From: Synergistales bacterium
Lineage (GTDB): Bacteria; Synergistota; Synergistia; Synergistales; JAFGMB01
Assembly (NCBI GenBank): GCA_963666205.1
Contig: OY762654.1
Span: forward strand, 1,312,001 to 1,376,000
Length of the DNA stretch: 64,000 bases
Reading direction: 5' to 3'
The notes under the pieces are model-generated. The model had not been told where the DNA came from. It worked only from the letters and a program-made list of their open reading frames with translations, and did not search any database. Below, piece after piece: positions 28,285 through 38,035 of the stretch. The translations under genes were made by a program, and so were the position numbers. Position 1 is the stretch's first letter. The number at the start of each line of letters is the position of its first letter.

Positions 28285-28367
28285 CGCTAATCAGCTTTTA
28301 AGCTAACGGCAGGACCAGGTGCTGCGCACCAGGTTGTTGACCCTGCCCTGTGAAGCTACTCCCCTTC
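28277..28367 (-). ncRNA. yybP-ykoY (manganese) riboswitch aptamer
   Basis: GAAGGGGAGTAGC...GGCAGG GTCAACAAC...CCTGCC...TAGCGAGACCTTC: hallmark GGGGAGUAG, GUCAAYA and GCGAGACC segments with compatible stems. Confidence 0.88.
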
Positions 28368-28389
28368 AGGAATATTATTTTCTCTGGAA

Positions 28390-28417
28390 ATTCTAACCTG
28401 CATAAATAAAAAGTCAA
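28390..28417 (-). promoter_or_regulatory. Putative sigma70 promoter for the riboswitch leader
   Basis: TTGACT-N16-TAGAAT about 22 nt upstream of the aptamer. Confidence 0.6.
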
Positions 28418-28436
28418 TACCTGCCCATGGATCAGA

Positions 28437-29225
28437 TCATATATCCAGAAGAAATTCTTTCACTATTGAAAGGAAATGCTCCGGATCCTGAAACATAAGC
28501 CCGTGACCTGCTCCCTCCATAATCGTTAGTTTCGCTCCGGGTATCCTGGAGACCATAAATTCCGAGTTCTCATGAGGGGTAAGGATATCCCTGTCTCCAG
28601 AGATCAGAAGAGTTGCAGATGGAAGACATTCAAGCCGGTCCCTGCTCCCCTTCCATCGGGATATGGCATCTTCCTGGCCTGCCAGGGTTTCTCCAGGGAT
28701 CTCCCCCATGGGACGCCAGAAAATATCCCTGATCCTTTCATAGTGCTTCTCGATCCATTCTCGCGGGAAAAGGGCCTCTATCCAGCGTGTGCCCCTCTCC
28801 TCCGGACTTCCGGACCGATCCTGAAGTCTTGCGATAACTTCAGGATCGGGTGGGAACATATCCCCGTCACAGAATGTCGAATAAAGAACCAGTCCTGCCA
28901 CCGACTCGGGGTGGTTCAAAGCCAGTTCCTGGGCTACCAGAGATCCCATGGACCAGCCCAGAATATGGGCCTTCCCTATTCCAAGGGCCTGGATAAGACC
29001 ATAGGTATCATCAGCAAACTGAGAAATGGAAAAAGGGACAAGACCCATTTCAGTCTCCCCTGTTCCGCGATTATCAAAGGTTATGACCCTGAAATCTTCT
29101 GCCAGTTTATCAATTGTCCCTGGCTCCCACAGGTTCCGGGTTGAACCGTAACCCATTATCATGATGAGGGGCACGCCCTCCCCGATCCCGGAATAACCCA
29201 TTGTCATATCTTCAACCTTTATCAA
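28437..29225 (-). CDS. Alpha/beta-fold hydrolase
   Basis: FDNRGTG, GWSMG nucleophile elbow, GDRD, AGHG. Confidence 0.9.
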   Translation of the reverse strand: MIKVEDMTMGYSGIGEGVPLIMIMGYGSTRNLWEPGTIDKLAEDFRVITFDNRGTGETEMGLVPFSISQFADDTYGLIQALGIGKAHILGWSMGSLVAQELALNHPESVAGLVLYSTFCDGDMFPPDPEVIARLQDRSGSPEERGTRWIEALFPREWIEKHYERIRDIFWRPMGEIPGETLAGQEDAISRWKGSRDRLECLPSATLLISGDRDILTPHENSEFMVSRIPGAKLTIMEGAGHGLMFQDPEHFLSIVKEFLLDI

Positions 29226-29282
29226 CAGCTACACTCTCCTGTCATTAATTCAGGAAAAAGGAATTCATTCTTTCTCAGGATC

Positions 29283-31253
29283 TCAAGGCATCATAACCTG
29301 TCTGCAATCCTGGATTGTGAAGACCTGATGAGCTTCCTCGTAGTTTTCATACTTGTAGTCTCCCGGGCCGCCACTCGGTCTGTCAGGATACCATGTTTCA
29401 TAAATACCCGATAACACAAGAACCTTTGCCGGCATTAGATATCGGGTCCAGAATCGCTGCATTCCAGCATAATAATCATGATCCTCAAATTTATTTTCCA
29501 TGTTCTCTTCAAGATAGACCGGGAGGGTTACGGTTTGCCCGGGTCTGATCGACGGGACATGGAAAAAGGCCTCATGGAAAAGGTCCTCATCCCAGTTACC
29601 ATCCTTTACTGTTACCCGTATCTTCCCGGTAACCTGGTTCGTCGGGACAGATTCGGGGTTGGTTATCTTCAGTTCCATATAGGCCGGCCTGTAATAGTAA
29701 TCAGGGTCCGGTTTAAAGAAGGCATTCATGTCGCCTCCTCCGTTCGCCTCCCTTCTCATTTCATCCACAAAAGCATTGACTCCCTTTTCTGCTGCTTCCG
29801 TGGCGAGCATGGGATCTACCCCTGCGCCAATGGCCTGTTCGGCAGCCACAGCCACAAGATATTCCACCCCCATATCGGTAAGTTCATCGAAATTGGGAAT
29901 GCCCGGCGGCACCCCTATGGCAGCCATACCTATGTTCAGACCCATTTCAAAAGCACCCCTGAACCGTTCTCCTGCCACAGAACAGGCTGCATCTATTGCA
30001 GCGTTCTTTATATTTTCATAGGTCCTGGAGGCCCAGTTCACTGCATCCACGGCCCAACTTACAACGTCCGAGAAGAAATCACCCACGGATTCGAGAAAGC
30101 TTTTATCCTCCTGTCTTGGTCTCAGATTGAACTTATCGCCCTTTCGGATCAACGGTTCTCCTCCAAAGGGATTCGGTATATCTCTTATCGCTATCACATG
30201 ATACATTGCATCCGTTGCCTGGTTCTGTATCGGGAGATACCTTTCAACCCTGATCTGTGGATGAAGGGCCTCCGGTTTCTCAAAGGCATCGGGTTCCACC
30301 TTTATGCTGCCGTCATATATGGGATCTCCATAGAGGATCCTTACCGGTTCGCAAGGAATACCTGCAGGCTGCCCGTCTGGACCCAGGGTTACCAAGCGAA
30401 CGAAATAGTTCATGTTAAGAGAAGAAAAACCCTTATCCTGTTTCAGGTTTATCTTTGGATCTATCTTGATCTTTGGAGCTGTCTTGATCTTTAACCCTGT
30501 AACTGCAGGCTGTTCCTTGGAAACAACCTGGGGAATGCTCTTTTTAATGCTTATCTGTTTCACAGGCTGAAGGTTGGACGGTTTCTGATCTGACAGTGTT
30601 TTTATCTTCAAAACTTTCGATGGAGGCCTCGGGGCAAAACTGGAGAAATCGACCAGGAAAACTTTTGGATATTTACCATTCTGCACATTCTGCAGAACAG
30701 CGGGGCCGCTGGCAACAAGGCCGGGAGGGTTTTCCCATAATGCATTATCCGGAGGAAAACGCATGGTCGAAACCTGCCATACAGCAGAAGTTACTCCGGT
30801 TTCGGTACTGTTCCAGCAGAACTTTACATTAAGGTTCTCTTTAAAATTCCAATCCACCTGCGAAGCCTTCAGGAAGTTGTGGAACTCCCCGCTGTCCTTC
30901 TGAACAGCCAGATCTGTTTTACTCACCTGACTTAATGAAAAGGGGACCCTGCGAATAAGATCAACGTTAGATACAAGCTTCAGACCCTTGACAGCCAGCT
31001 TTTTTTCAGGCACAGGCAATTGTTGAGGAACTGTTTCTTTTTCTGAAAAGAAAAGCTGATGGTAAACAGAAACCTGGGCACAGGCAGGCTTTATGCTGAA
31101 AACCGGTAATAAAAAAAGCAGGAAAAGCGAAAACAGTAGAAGATATCTGTAGATGATCGGGTTTGGATCATCGTCAACAAATACATTACTCTTTTTTCCA
31201 GGGGTACCATTCATTGTTCCCATCTCCCTCTTCTGTCTTTTCTCTGATACCAA
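29283..31253 (-). CDS. Hypothetical exported/membrane-anchored protein
   Basis: 656-codon ORF, N-terminal hydrophobic segment ending PACA-Q; no family recognised; start uncertain. Confidence 0.75.
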   Translation of the reverse strand: MVSEKRQKREMGTMNGTPGKKSNVFVDDDPNPIIYRYLLLFSLFLLFLLPVFSIKPACAQVSVYHQLFFSEKETVPQQLPVPEKKLAVKGLKLVSNVDLIRRVPFSLSQVSKTDLAVQKDSGEFHNFLKASQVDWNFKENLNVKFCWNSTETGVTSAVWQVSTMRFPPDNALWENPPGLVASGPAVLQNVQNGKYPKVFLVDFSSFAPRPPSKVLKIKTLSDQKPSNLQPVKQISIKKSIPQVVSKEQPAVTGLKIKTAPKIKIDPKINLKQDKGFSSLNMNYFVRLVTLGPDGQPAGIPCEPVRILYGDPIYDGSIKVEPDAFEKPEALHPQIRVERYLPIQNQATDAMYHVIAIRDIPNPFGGEPLIRKGDKFNLRPRQEDKSFLESVGDFFSDVVSWAVDAVNWASRTYENIKNAAIDAACSVAGERFRGAFEMGLNIGMAAIGVPPGIPNFDELTDMGVEYLVAVAAEQAIGAGVDPMLATEAAEKGVNAFVDEMRREANGGGDMNAFFKPDPDYYYRPAYMELKITNPESVPTNQVTGKIRVTVKDGNWDEDLFHEAFFHVPSIRPGQTVTLPVYLEENMENKFEDHDYYAGMQRFWTRYLMPAKVLVLSGIYETWYPDRPSGGPGDYKYENYEEAHQVFTIQDCRQVMMP

Positions 31254-31405
31254 CTGCTATTTCATTATATTGAAATAATACACGGAAAGATATATTGAAC
31301 AGACATGGATAGACAAAAGGTCCATCTCTTCTACCTCTTCAGGAGAGGGTGCTGACATTGTCGGAAATTATTTTTCCCTTCCCGAATGGCTTCCGGTCTC
31401 AAGGT

Positions 31406-32092
31406 TCAGAAACCCCTCTTCTGTCCCTTCCATGGGGGGGGATCTCCCCTGCGGAACTCATCCACCCCTGGCCCCCCAAGGACCCTGAGTCTCCATATGC
31501 CATATAAGTAGCTTATGACCAGGAGCATCAGAGTGGAAGGCCATCCGGAAATTAAAGAAAAAAGAGATACAAAAACAATATTTTCAGACCCGGCAACGGA
31601 AAACTGCAACAGGGCACGGATCCCGAAGAATAAGGCCCATACAATGGTAACCTCTGTATAGGCAGGACGAACTGCCGGATGCCAGTACCAGGCAAGGGGA
31701 TAATGACGGGCAAAATAACTGGTCCATGCCACCATGGGTTTTCGAGCCACCAGGCTCAGAATACAGATGATGGAAATGATACCGTTTGACCCAATGGAGG
31801 GCAGAAGAACCGATCCTGCTTTTCCGCTCCTGATAACAGCGAGAATGGCCATTCCGAGGAGGACGAGCCCTCCAAGTGAATAGAGCTTCCTCCTTCGTCT
31901 TAAAATGTCAGTGAGCGTAAAGGCCATTCCCGTTAGAAAGGATATAACAGCAGCAGACCTGAGTCCCCAGATGTGGTTCAGAAAAAGGAACAAAAAAATG
32001 GGCAGGATAGCCTCGAAAAAAGAAATGTGACCCTTCGCTATCTGGTTGAACTCATCACTGATCTCCTGAAATTTTTCCCTGATAATTCCCAT
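31406..32092 (-). CDS. DUF3159-like membrane protein
   Basis: Several TMs; WYW...VRPAYTEVT.VW, GWP. Confidence 0.7.
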   Translation of the reverse strand: MGIIREKFQEISDEFNQIAKGHISFFEAILPIFLFLFLNHIWGLRSAAVISFLTGMAFTLTDILRRRRKLYSLGGLVLLGMAILAVIRSGKAGSVLLPSIGSNGIISIICILSLVARKPMVAWTSYFARHYPLAWYWHPAVRPAYTEVTIVWALFFGIRALLQFSVAGSENIVFVSLFSLISGWPSTLMLLVISYLYGIWRLRVLGGPGVDEFRRGDPPPWKGQKRGF

Positions 32093-32160
32093 TTTGAAGG
32101 CCTCACATTTTCAACTGAAGGGTAAACCTCTCAAGTAAAACAGGCTTACATGAAAAAATG

Positions 32161-32191
32161 AAAACCGGGGCGACAGGAACAGCCCCGGTTT
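32161..32191 (-). terminator. Terminator after tpx
   Basis: AAACCGGGGC / GCCCCGGTTT stem. Confidence 0.7.
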
Positions 32192-32201
32192 GATATTGAG
32201 A

Positions 32202-32723
32202 TCAGACCTTATCTGTTATTTTCTCAAGAGCCTGCATGGCCTTTTCGTAATCAGGTTCCTGGGTAACTTCAGACACGATCTGGATATAACGGATAACATC
32301 CTCTTTATCGACAATGAACACTGCCCTGGCAAGTAGCCTGAGCTCCTTGATCAGAACTCCCCAGTTCAGCCCGAATGATGCATCCCTGTGGTCAGAAAGG
32401 GCAACTGCCCTTTCTATTCCCTTGGTTGAGCAGAAACGACTGAGAGCGAAGGGCAGATCCATGGAAATATTCAGAACATCCACATCACCAGGCATATTGG
32501 CAGCATCTTCGTTGAACCAGTGGATCTGAAGATCGCATACAGGGGTATCAAGGGAAGGCGTAACTGAAATAACCTTAATGTGATCAGCAAAATCCTTCAG
32601 AGTTTTAGGATTCAGCCCCTGATCCATGACAGCAAAATCCGGAGCCTTGTCGCCCACTGAAAGGGATGGTCCCACAAGAGTGAGGGGATTCCCCTTCATA
32701 GTAACTATTCCTGTTCTTTCCAT
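32202..32723 (-). CDS. tpx: Thiol peroxidase
   Basis: PSLDTPVC, ISMDLPFA..RFC, LLARAVF, EPDY. Confidence 0.95.
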   Translation of the reverse strand: MERTGIVTMKGNPLTLVGPSLSVGDKAPDFAVMDQGLNPKTLKDFADHIKVISVTPSLDTPVCDLQIHWFNEDAANMPGDVDVLNISMDLPFALSRFCSTKGIERAVALSDHRDASFGLNWGVLIKELRLLARAVFIVDKEDVIRYIQIVSEVTQEPDYEKAMQALEKITDKV

Positions 32724-32872
32724 ATTATCGTCACCTCACGATACATTATAGATGTATATTTATTGTATCACAGAAATGACGGGTTCACTCTTCAACATAG
32801 GGCCTCCGCAAAACAGGAGTGCTACAGTACGGCCCCCCGGGAAGATCTGTTACCCCTTTATCGACATCCCGA

Positions 32873-33517
32873 TTACATGGCTTTCAGGCTCTGCAGAGTT
32901 GCACCAAGGGTTTCATGTTTTACCAGGGTTGTTTTGAACTTCAGAAGAGAAAAAACAGCCTGGATACAGAAACTGATCCCGAAGGCTGCTATAACCGTTC
33001 CGAATCCCACCGGTCCGCCGAGGAGCCAGCCGATAAAAACAGCAGATCCCTCAATTATTCCCCTGGAGATACCCACAGCCAGACCGGTTTTCCGCTCTAT
33101 GGCCACCATGAGACTATCCCGGGGGCCAGCCCCGAAGCCCGAACCTATGTAAAAATAGGAAGCAAAGGATATTATAAAAAGCCCGAGGAACATCATAATA
33201 ATTCCTGATATAAAACCGCTCATCCGGGGTATGACATTAGATTCCAGGATCCAGTCCATGAAGATCCCTATGAGAAACATATTAAGGATGGTTCCCAGAC
33301 CAAGCTTCTCCCCGGAAAGGAAAACAAGGATACAAATCACAAATCCCGTAAGGATGCTGACCTTGCCGATGGACAAACCTATGGTCAGGGAAACACCCTG
33401 GTGAAATACCTCCCATGGTGCAAAACCAAGATGGGCTTTCATGGTAATGACTATACCAAGAGCATATAAAAACAAGCCGAATATAAGCTTGCTCATCCGC
33501 TTACAAAAGCTTTTCAT
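32873..33517 (-). CDS. YczE/YitT-family membrane protein
   Basis: LG.APW.VFHQG, GAGPRDSLM, LGGPVG.GT. Confidence 0.85.
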   Translation of the reverse strand: MKSFCKRMSKLIFGLFLYALGIVITMKAHLGFAPWEVFHQGVSLTIGLSIGKVSILTGFVICILVFLSGEKLGLGTILNMFLIGIFMDWILESNVIPRMSGFISGIIMMFLGLFIISFASYFYIGSGFGAGPRDSLMVAIERKTGLAVGISRGIIEGSAVFIGWLLGGPVGFGTVIAAFGISFCIQAVFSLLKFKTTLVKHETLGATLQSLKAM

Positions 33518-33618
33518 TAAAAAACTCCTCCATTGAAGAGATCAGGAAAATAACTGCAGATAATAATGTATATCTACATATGATAACTTACATTCATACA
33601 TAAAAATAGCTGTTTATC

Positions 33619-35379
33619 TCACATGGCATGTATGGGCATGCACCTGAGGAGAGCAACAGATGGGGAAGGCAGAAACAGTTCATTTCCCCGGATCTCACAT
33701 CCGGGATCAGAAGCAAGAAGCAGATCAGGACATGGATCTTCCAGAGGATGGATAAGATTTACTTTATAACTGAAGTTGAAAACCAGCAGGATCCGCCCTC
33801 TCTGGAAGGAAAACCACTTTTTCTCCTCCGAAAAATGCACATGGACCCCGTCAAGGCTTCCATCATGCAGTTCGGGAAATTTCTTCCTTAGAGCTACAAG
33901 TTCCCTGTACCATTCAAGCACTTTGCCATGCTCCTCTTCGGAGAGCTCCTTCCATTTCAATCTTGAACGCAGGAAGGTATTCAGATCCTGGGGGTCTGGA
34001 ATATCCTCTTCTTTCCATCCAAAGGAAAGGAACTCTCTCCTTCTTCCCGAAGTAACGGCTTTACCCAGTTCCGGATCTCCATGGGAAGTGAAGTACTGAA
34101 AAGGGGTTTCTGCTGCCCATTCTTCCCCCTGAAATAACATTGGGATGAAGGGAGAACAGATATACAGTGCCGCTGCACACATCGACATCCCTTTCCCGAC
34201 AAGATGATCAAGCCTCTCTCCCCTGGCCCGGTTACCAACCTGATCATGATCCTGGATAAACCCCACAAGCCTGTCTCCCCTTATTTCCACAGAGGATCTA
34301 CCATGTCTCCTCTTTCTGAAAGAGGAGTATTTCCCATCCCATACATATCCCTTTTTGAGTGCCTTTGCGATATCCTCGAGTTTCCCGAAGTCCTGATAAT
34401 ATCCGGTTCTCTCTCCTGTAAGAAAAGCATGTACCGAATGATGAAGGTCGTCGCACCACTGGGCGTGAATACCGTAGCCTCCCCTTTCCCCTGGAGTTAT
34501 TATGCGGGGATCGTTAAGATCACTTTCGGCGATCACGTATTTCTTCCTTCCGTTATCACGGGAAAGCTGATCCACTTCTGAAGAAAGTTCCTCCAGAAAA
34601 TGAAGGGCAGACATATCAAAAATAGAGTGGACCGCGTCGATACGGAGAACATCAAAGTGGTAATCCCTGAGCCACATTATGGCATTATCAATAAAGAACC
34701 TGCGGACTTCATCGCTGCCCGGTCCGTCAAAATTGATGGCAGAACCCCAGGGTGTAGTGTATTTTTCAGTAAAATATGGTCCATAATGACCAAGATAATT
34801 CCCCTCTGGGCCGAGATGGTTATAGACCACATCAAGGATCATGGAAAACCCTCTCCTGTGGCATTCGTCAACCAGCATCTTCAGCCCATCCGGGCCTCCA
34901 TAGCACTCCATGGGAGCAAAAGGATATACCCCATCATATCCCCATCCCCTGTCCCCTGAAAAGGAATTTACCGGCATAAGCTCTATGTGTGTAATGCCAA
35001 GGACCTGAAGATGATCCAGATGTCCTGTTATTCCCTTGAAGGTTCCTTCCTCGCTGAAAGTACCCGTATGAAGTTCATATATAACTGCAGACCCCAGTTC
35101 ATGAGGCTGCCACGTTCTATCTCTCCACTGAAAAAGGGAATGCTCAACATACCTGGAGTAACCATGAACACCATAGGGCTGCCAGCCGGACCTGGGATCG
35201 GGAAGGGGATCTTTCCCGTCAATGGAGAACTTGTAATCCAGGCCATGTTGGATATGCTCTGAAAAGCAGACCCACCATCCTCCTGTCTGGCGGCTCATCT
35301 CCACCCTGAGATCCCTGGTCACAAGTTGAACAGATCCGGCCGCTGGAGCCCATACCCTGATCCCGTTCATATGATCCAC
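33619..35379 (-). CDS. treZ: Malto-oligosyltrehalose trehalohydrolase (GH13)
   Basis: VWAP, YELHTGTF, WGYDG, RIDAVH, IAES, QDHDQVGNR, LFQGEEW. Confidence 0.93.
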   Translation of the reverse strand: MDHMNGIRVWAPAAGSVQLVTRDLRVEMSRQTGGWWVCFSEHIQHGLDYKFSIDGKDPLPDPRSGWQPYGVHGYSRYVEHSLFQWRDRTWQPHELGSAVIYELHTGTFSEEGTFKGITGHLDHLQVLGITHIELMPVNSFSGDRGWGYDGVYPFAPMECYGGPDGLKMLVDECHRRGFSMILDVVYNHLGPEGNYLGHYGPYFTEKYTTPWGSAINFDGPGSDEVRRFFIDNAIMWLRDYHFDVLRIDAVHSIFDMSALHFLEELSSEVDQLSRDNGRKKYVIAESDLNDPRIITPGERGGYGIHAQWCDDLHHSVHAFLTGERTGYYQDFGKLEDIAKALKKGYVWDGKYSSFRKRRHGRSSVEIRGDRLVGFIQDHDQVGNRARGERLDHLVGKGMSMCAAALYICSPFIPMLFQGEEWAAETPFQYFTSHGDPELGKAVTSGRRREFLSFGWKEEDIPDPQDLNTFLRSRLKWKELSEEEHGKVLEWYRELVALRKKFPELHDGSLDGVHVHFSEEKKWFSFQRGRILLVFNFSYKVNLIHPLEDPCPDLLLASDPGCEIRGNELFLPSPSVALLRCMPIHAM

Positions 35380-35386
35380 ACCGTCC

Positions 35387-38035
35387 TCAGATCCTGTACA
35401 GGAGGGCCACAGGAAAAATCTTCAGCATATCCTCCACCCTTATCCTGTTTCCCGAAAATTCTTCTCCCGTAAAGAGGTTTTTCCATTTCCCCTCCGGAAC
35501 ATTGAGAAAGGTTTCACCCCAAGAACTGCCCAGTTTCAGGGGAAGCCTGGGAACCATCACCATACAGTTTTCCCCCCTCAGATAAGACACGAGATGTTTC
35601 CCTTTCTCTCCGGATGGATGAAGGGTACCATAGCTTGAACCAGGCTTGAACGATCCGGGATTTCCCCTCCTGAAATCGAGGGTTTTCATGATAAGCCACA
35701 TTTTACTCAAGCCTGCATCATCTGTGCTTAAAACAGGCGGAACATCAAGATCCATGGCTTCTTTCTGCAATTCAGTGAGTCTGTTGTAATCCACCCCTCT
35801 TCTGTTATCGGGATCCACAAGGGAGAAATTCCAGATCTCACAGCCCTGGAAAATGTCCGCAACCCCGGGAAGGGTCAGCTTGAGAAGGGTCAGAGAAAGA
35901 GAGTTGATCCTTCCCGGCACAATAAGCATCTCCAGAAGATTTTCAAGATCCCTGATAAATGGGGTGTTTGAAAGTATTCCCCTTGTAAAATTGCCCAGCT
36001 TATCCTCATATTCTTTATTGACCCTGTTCCATGAAGTATATTCCTTGGCCTCTCTGGCAGCTTTCTCCAGATAGGACAACAGTCTCTGCTGCGAGACAGG
36101 CCAGATACCCACCAGGGTCTGGTAAAGGAAATATTCCATGTTCCTGTCAGGTTCAGCCTCATTCCAGAAAGGACTGTTCATGGATCTCCATGCCGTAACT
36201 CTCTTCTTCCATTCCCTGGGTACCTCTGAGAGAAGGGCTATCCTGCATCTGACATCCTCACTCCGCTTGGTGTCATGAGTAGAAGTTGCAAGAAGGCTCA
36301 ATGGACAGGAAAGGGCCTTCCAGGCCATCTGGGAATGAAACTCTTTCAGGGATGTTCCAAAATCAGAAGGACTGCCTCCCACTTCGTTCAGACATATGAG
36401 AGGGTTATAACAGTAGAAAAGGGTATCTTCTACTCCCTTTGCCATTACCGGCCCCGTAAGCTGCTGAAATCTGGCCACAAATTCAGTCTCCATAGCCCCA
36501 CTTTTTTTCAGAAGCAGAATGTCCTGGATAAACCTGAGCAGATCCGGGTCAATATCTGGAAAATGAATTACTGCATTTCCGGCAGCTCTTCGAATGACCT
36601 TTATGTCATCTCTCCCCGGCCGTCCCCTTTCGGGAGAAACATAGGTCCTGTAGACATCCATTGATGTAATAAGGGCTTTAAGGGTAAAGGTTATTTCTGA
36701 CCTTGTATAATCACGATATGTCCTGTAGTAACTGCAGATATCGAGGAACATCTGGGTCAGGCGGTTGATGTCACTCCCGAAAAGCTCATTCAGGACAAGC
36801 ATCTTCTTCTCTATGATAATCGTCTCAGGAGTTTTCTCATTTCCCACAAATCTGTCGTAGAACCTGATCAGGCTTCTCTGGGCAGAAGGATCAACGAAAA
36901 GACCTCCCGCCAGGTTAAGAAAGTCGTATCCCGTAGTACCATGGACAGGCCAGCTTTTTCTCAGTTTTTCCCCGGGTAACAGTATCTTCTCAGCTAATAT
37001 CCAGGACCCGGGAGCTTCCTCTGTTATCCTGGAAAAATAACCTTCCGGATCCCTCATTCCATCAGGGTGATCCACCCTGATACCTTCAACTGCTCCATCT
37101 TTCAGCCATCCAAGGACAAGAGCGTGGGTTTCCCTGAATACCCTTTCTTCCTCCACCCTCAGGCCGACAAGGCTGTTGATATCGAAGAACCTTCTGTAGG
37201 CCAGATCTTCCCTGGCCTTGCGCCAGAAAGACAGCCTGTAGTTCTGTGCTCCCAGGATCTCGTCAAGACCATCGGTATCTGAATTTACAGCTTCTATAAC
37301 CCTGTCCGCAATATCCTTCAGATCCGCTTCCTCCTTGAAAAGGCGGGAAATACCTTCTTTGATGACCCTGATGTTCCGGTGACGGAGGCTGGTGGATTCA
37401 TGATCGGTCATACATGGAAGGGGAAGGTTCTCTATGGAATGGGCAAGGAAAAGAATTTCGGAATGACCCGCTTCTTTCCCTATCCTTTCAAGAAGTCCCG
37501 ATATTGATCTTGGAGACATCGGGAAAACCCTGTCCCGGTAACATATGTGGAAGTCTGATCCCTCTCTTGTCAATGAGATCAGCCCTTTTTCAAGGACTCT
37601 TCCATAATGGTCCTCCAGGACTGGAAGAAGTATTTTATTTTTCATTGAACTTTCCGGAGGTTCCCAGTCAACATCAAAAAAAGCCGCATATGGGCTGGAG
37701 GGTCCGTTCTCCAGAACGTCCCACCACCATCTGTTCTCCGGTCCGGAAATTGCCATATGGTTAGGAACAACATCAACAAGGTTTTTAAGCCCGTTCTCCC
37801 GCAGGGCACGTATGAATTCCCTGTGCCCCTTTTCTCCGCCCAGTTCCTCATTGATCCGGAGAGGATCTGTCACATCATAGCCATGAGTACTGCCCGGAGA
37901 AGCCTGCAGATAGGGAGAAGTGTAGAGATGGCTTATTCCAAGACGGACAAAATAGGGCATGAGAAGGGTTAAATCTATGAAACCGAATGAAGGAGTCATC
38001 TGGATCCTGTAGGTGCAAACCGGCAGATCTCTCAT
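35387..38035 (-). CDS. treY: Malto-oligosyltrehalose synthase
   Basis: TYRIQ, GSTHGYDV, VPNHM, YRRFFDI, RVDHPDG, THDTKRSED, SLVDPDNRR. Confidence 0.95.
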   Translation of the reverse strand: MRDLPVCTYRIQMTPSFGFIDLTLLMPYFVRLGISHLYTSPYLQASPGSTHGYDVTDPLRINEELGGEKGHREFIRALRENGLKNLVDVVPNHMAISGPENRWWWDVLENGPSSPYAAFFDVDWEPPESSMKNKILLPVLEDHYGRVLEKGLISLTREGSDFHICYRDRVFPMSPRSISGLLERIGKEAGHSEILFLAHSIENLPLPCMTDHESTSLRHRNIRVIKEGISRLFKEEADLKDIADRVIEAVNSDTDGLDEILGAQNYRLSFWRKAREDLAYRRFFDINSLVGLRVEEERVFRETHALVLGWLKDGAVEGIRVDHPDGMRDPEGYFSRITEEAPGSWILAEKILLPGEKLRKSWPVHGTTGYDFLNLAGGLFVDPSAQRSLIRFYDRFVGNEKTPETIIIEKKMLVLNELFGSDINRLTQMFLDICSYYRTYRDYTRSEITFTLKALITSMDVYRTYVSPERGRPGRDDIKVIRRAAGNAVIHFPDIDPDLLRFIQDILLLKKSGAMETEFVARFQQLTGPVMAKGVEDTLFYCYNPLICLNEVGGSPSDFGTSLKEFHSQMAWKALSCPLSLLATSTHDTKRSEDVRCRIALLSEVPREWKKRVTAWRSMNSPFWNEAEPDRNMEYFLYQTLVGIWPVSQQRLLSYLEKAAREAKEYTSWNRVNKEYEDKLGNFTRGILSNTPFIRDLENLLEMLIVPGRINSLSLTLLKLTLPGVADIFQGCEIWNFSLVDPDNRRGVDYNRLTELQKEAMDLDVPPVLSTDDAGLSKMWLIMKTLDFRRGNPGSFKPGSSYGTLHPSGEKGKHLVSYLRGENCMVMVPRLPLKLGSSWGETFLNVPEGKWKNLFTGEEFSGNRIRVEDMLKIFPVALLYRI

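Noticed and set aside
29478-30494. 338-aa plus-strand ORF opposite the orphan gene
   Set aside because: Fully nested antisense to the longer 656-aa ORF, which has a signal segment and more protein-like composition
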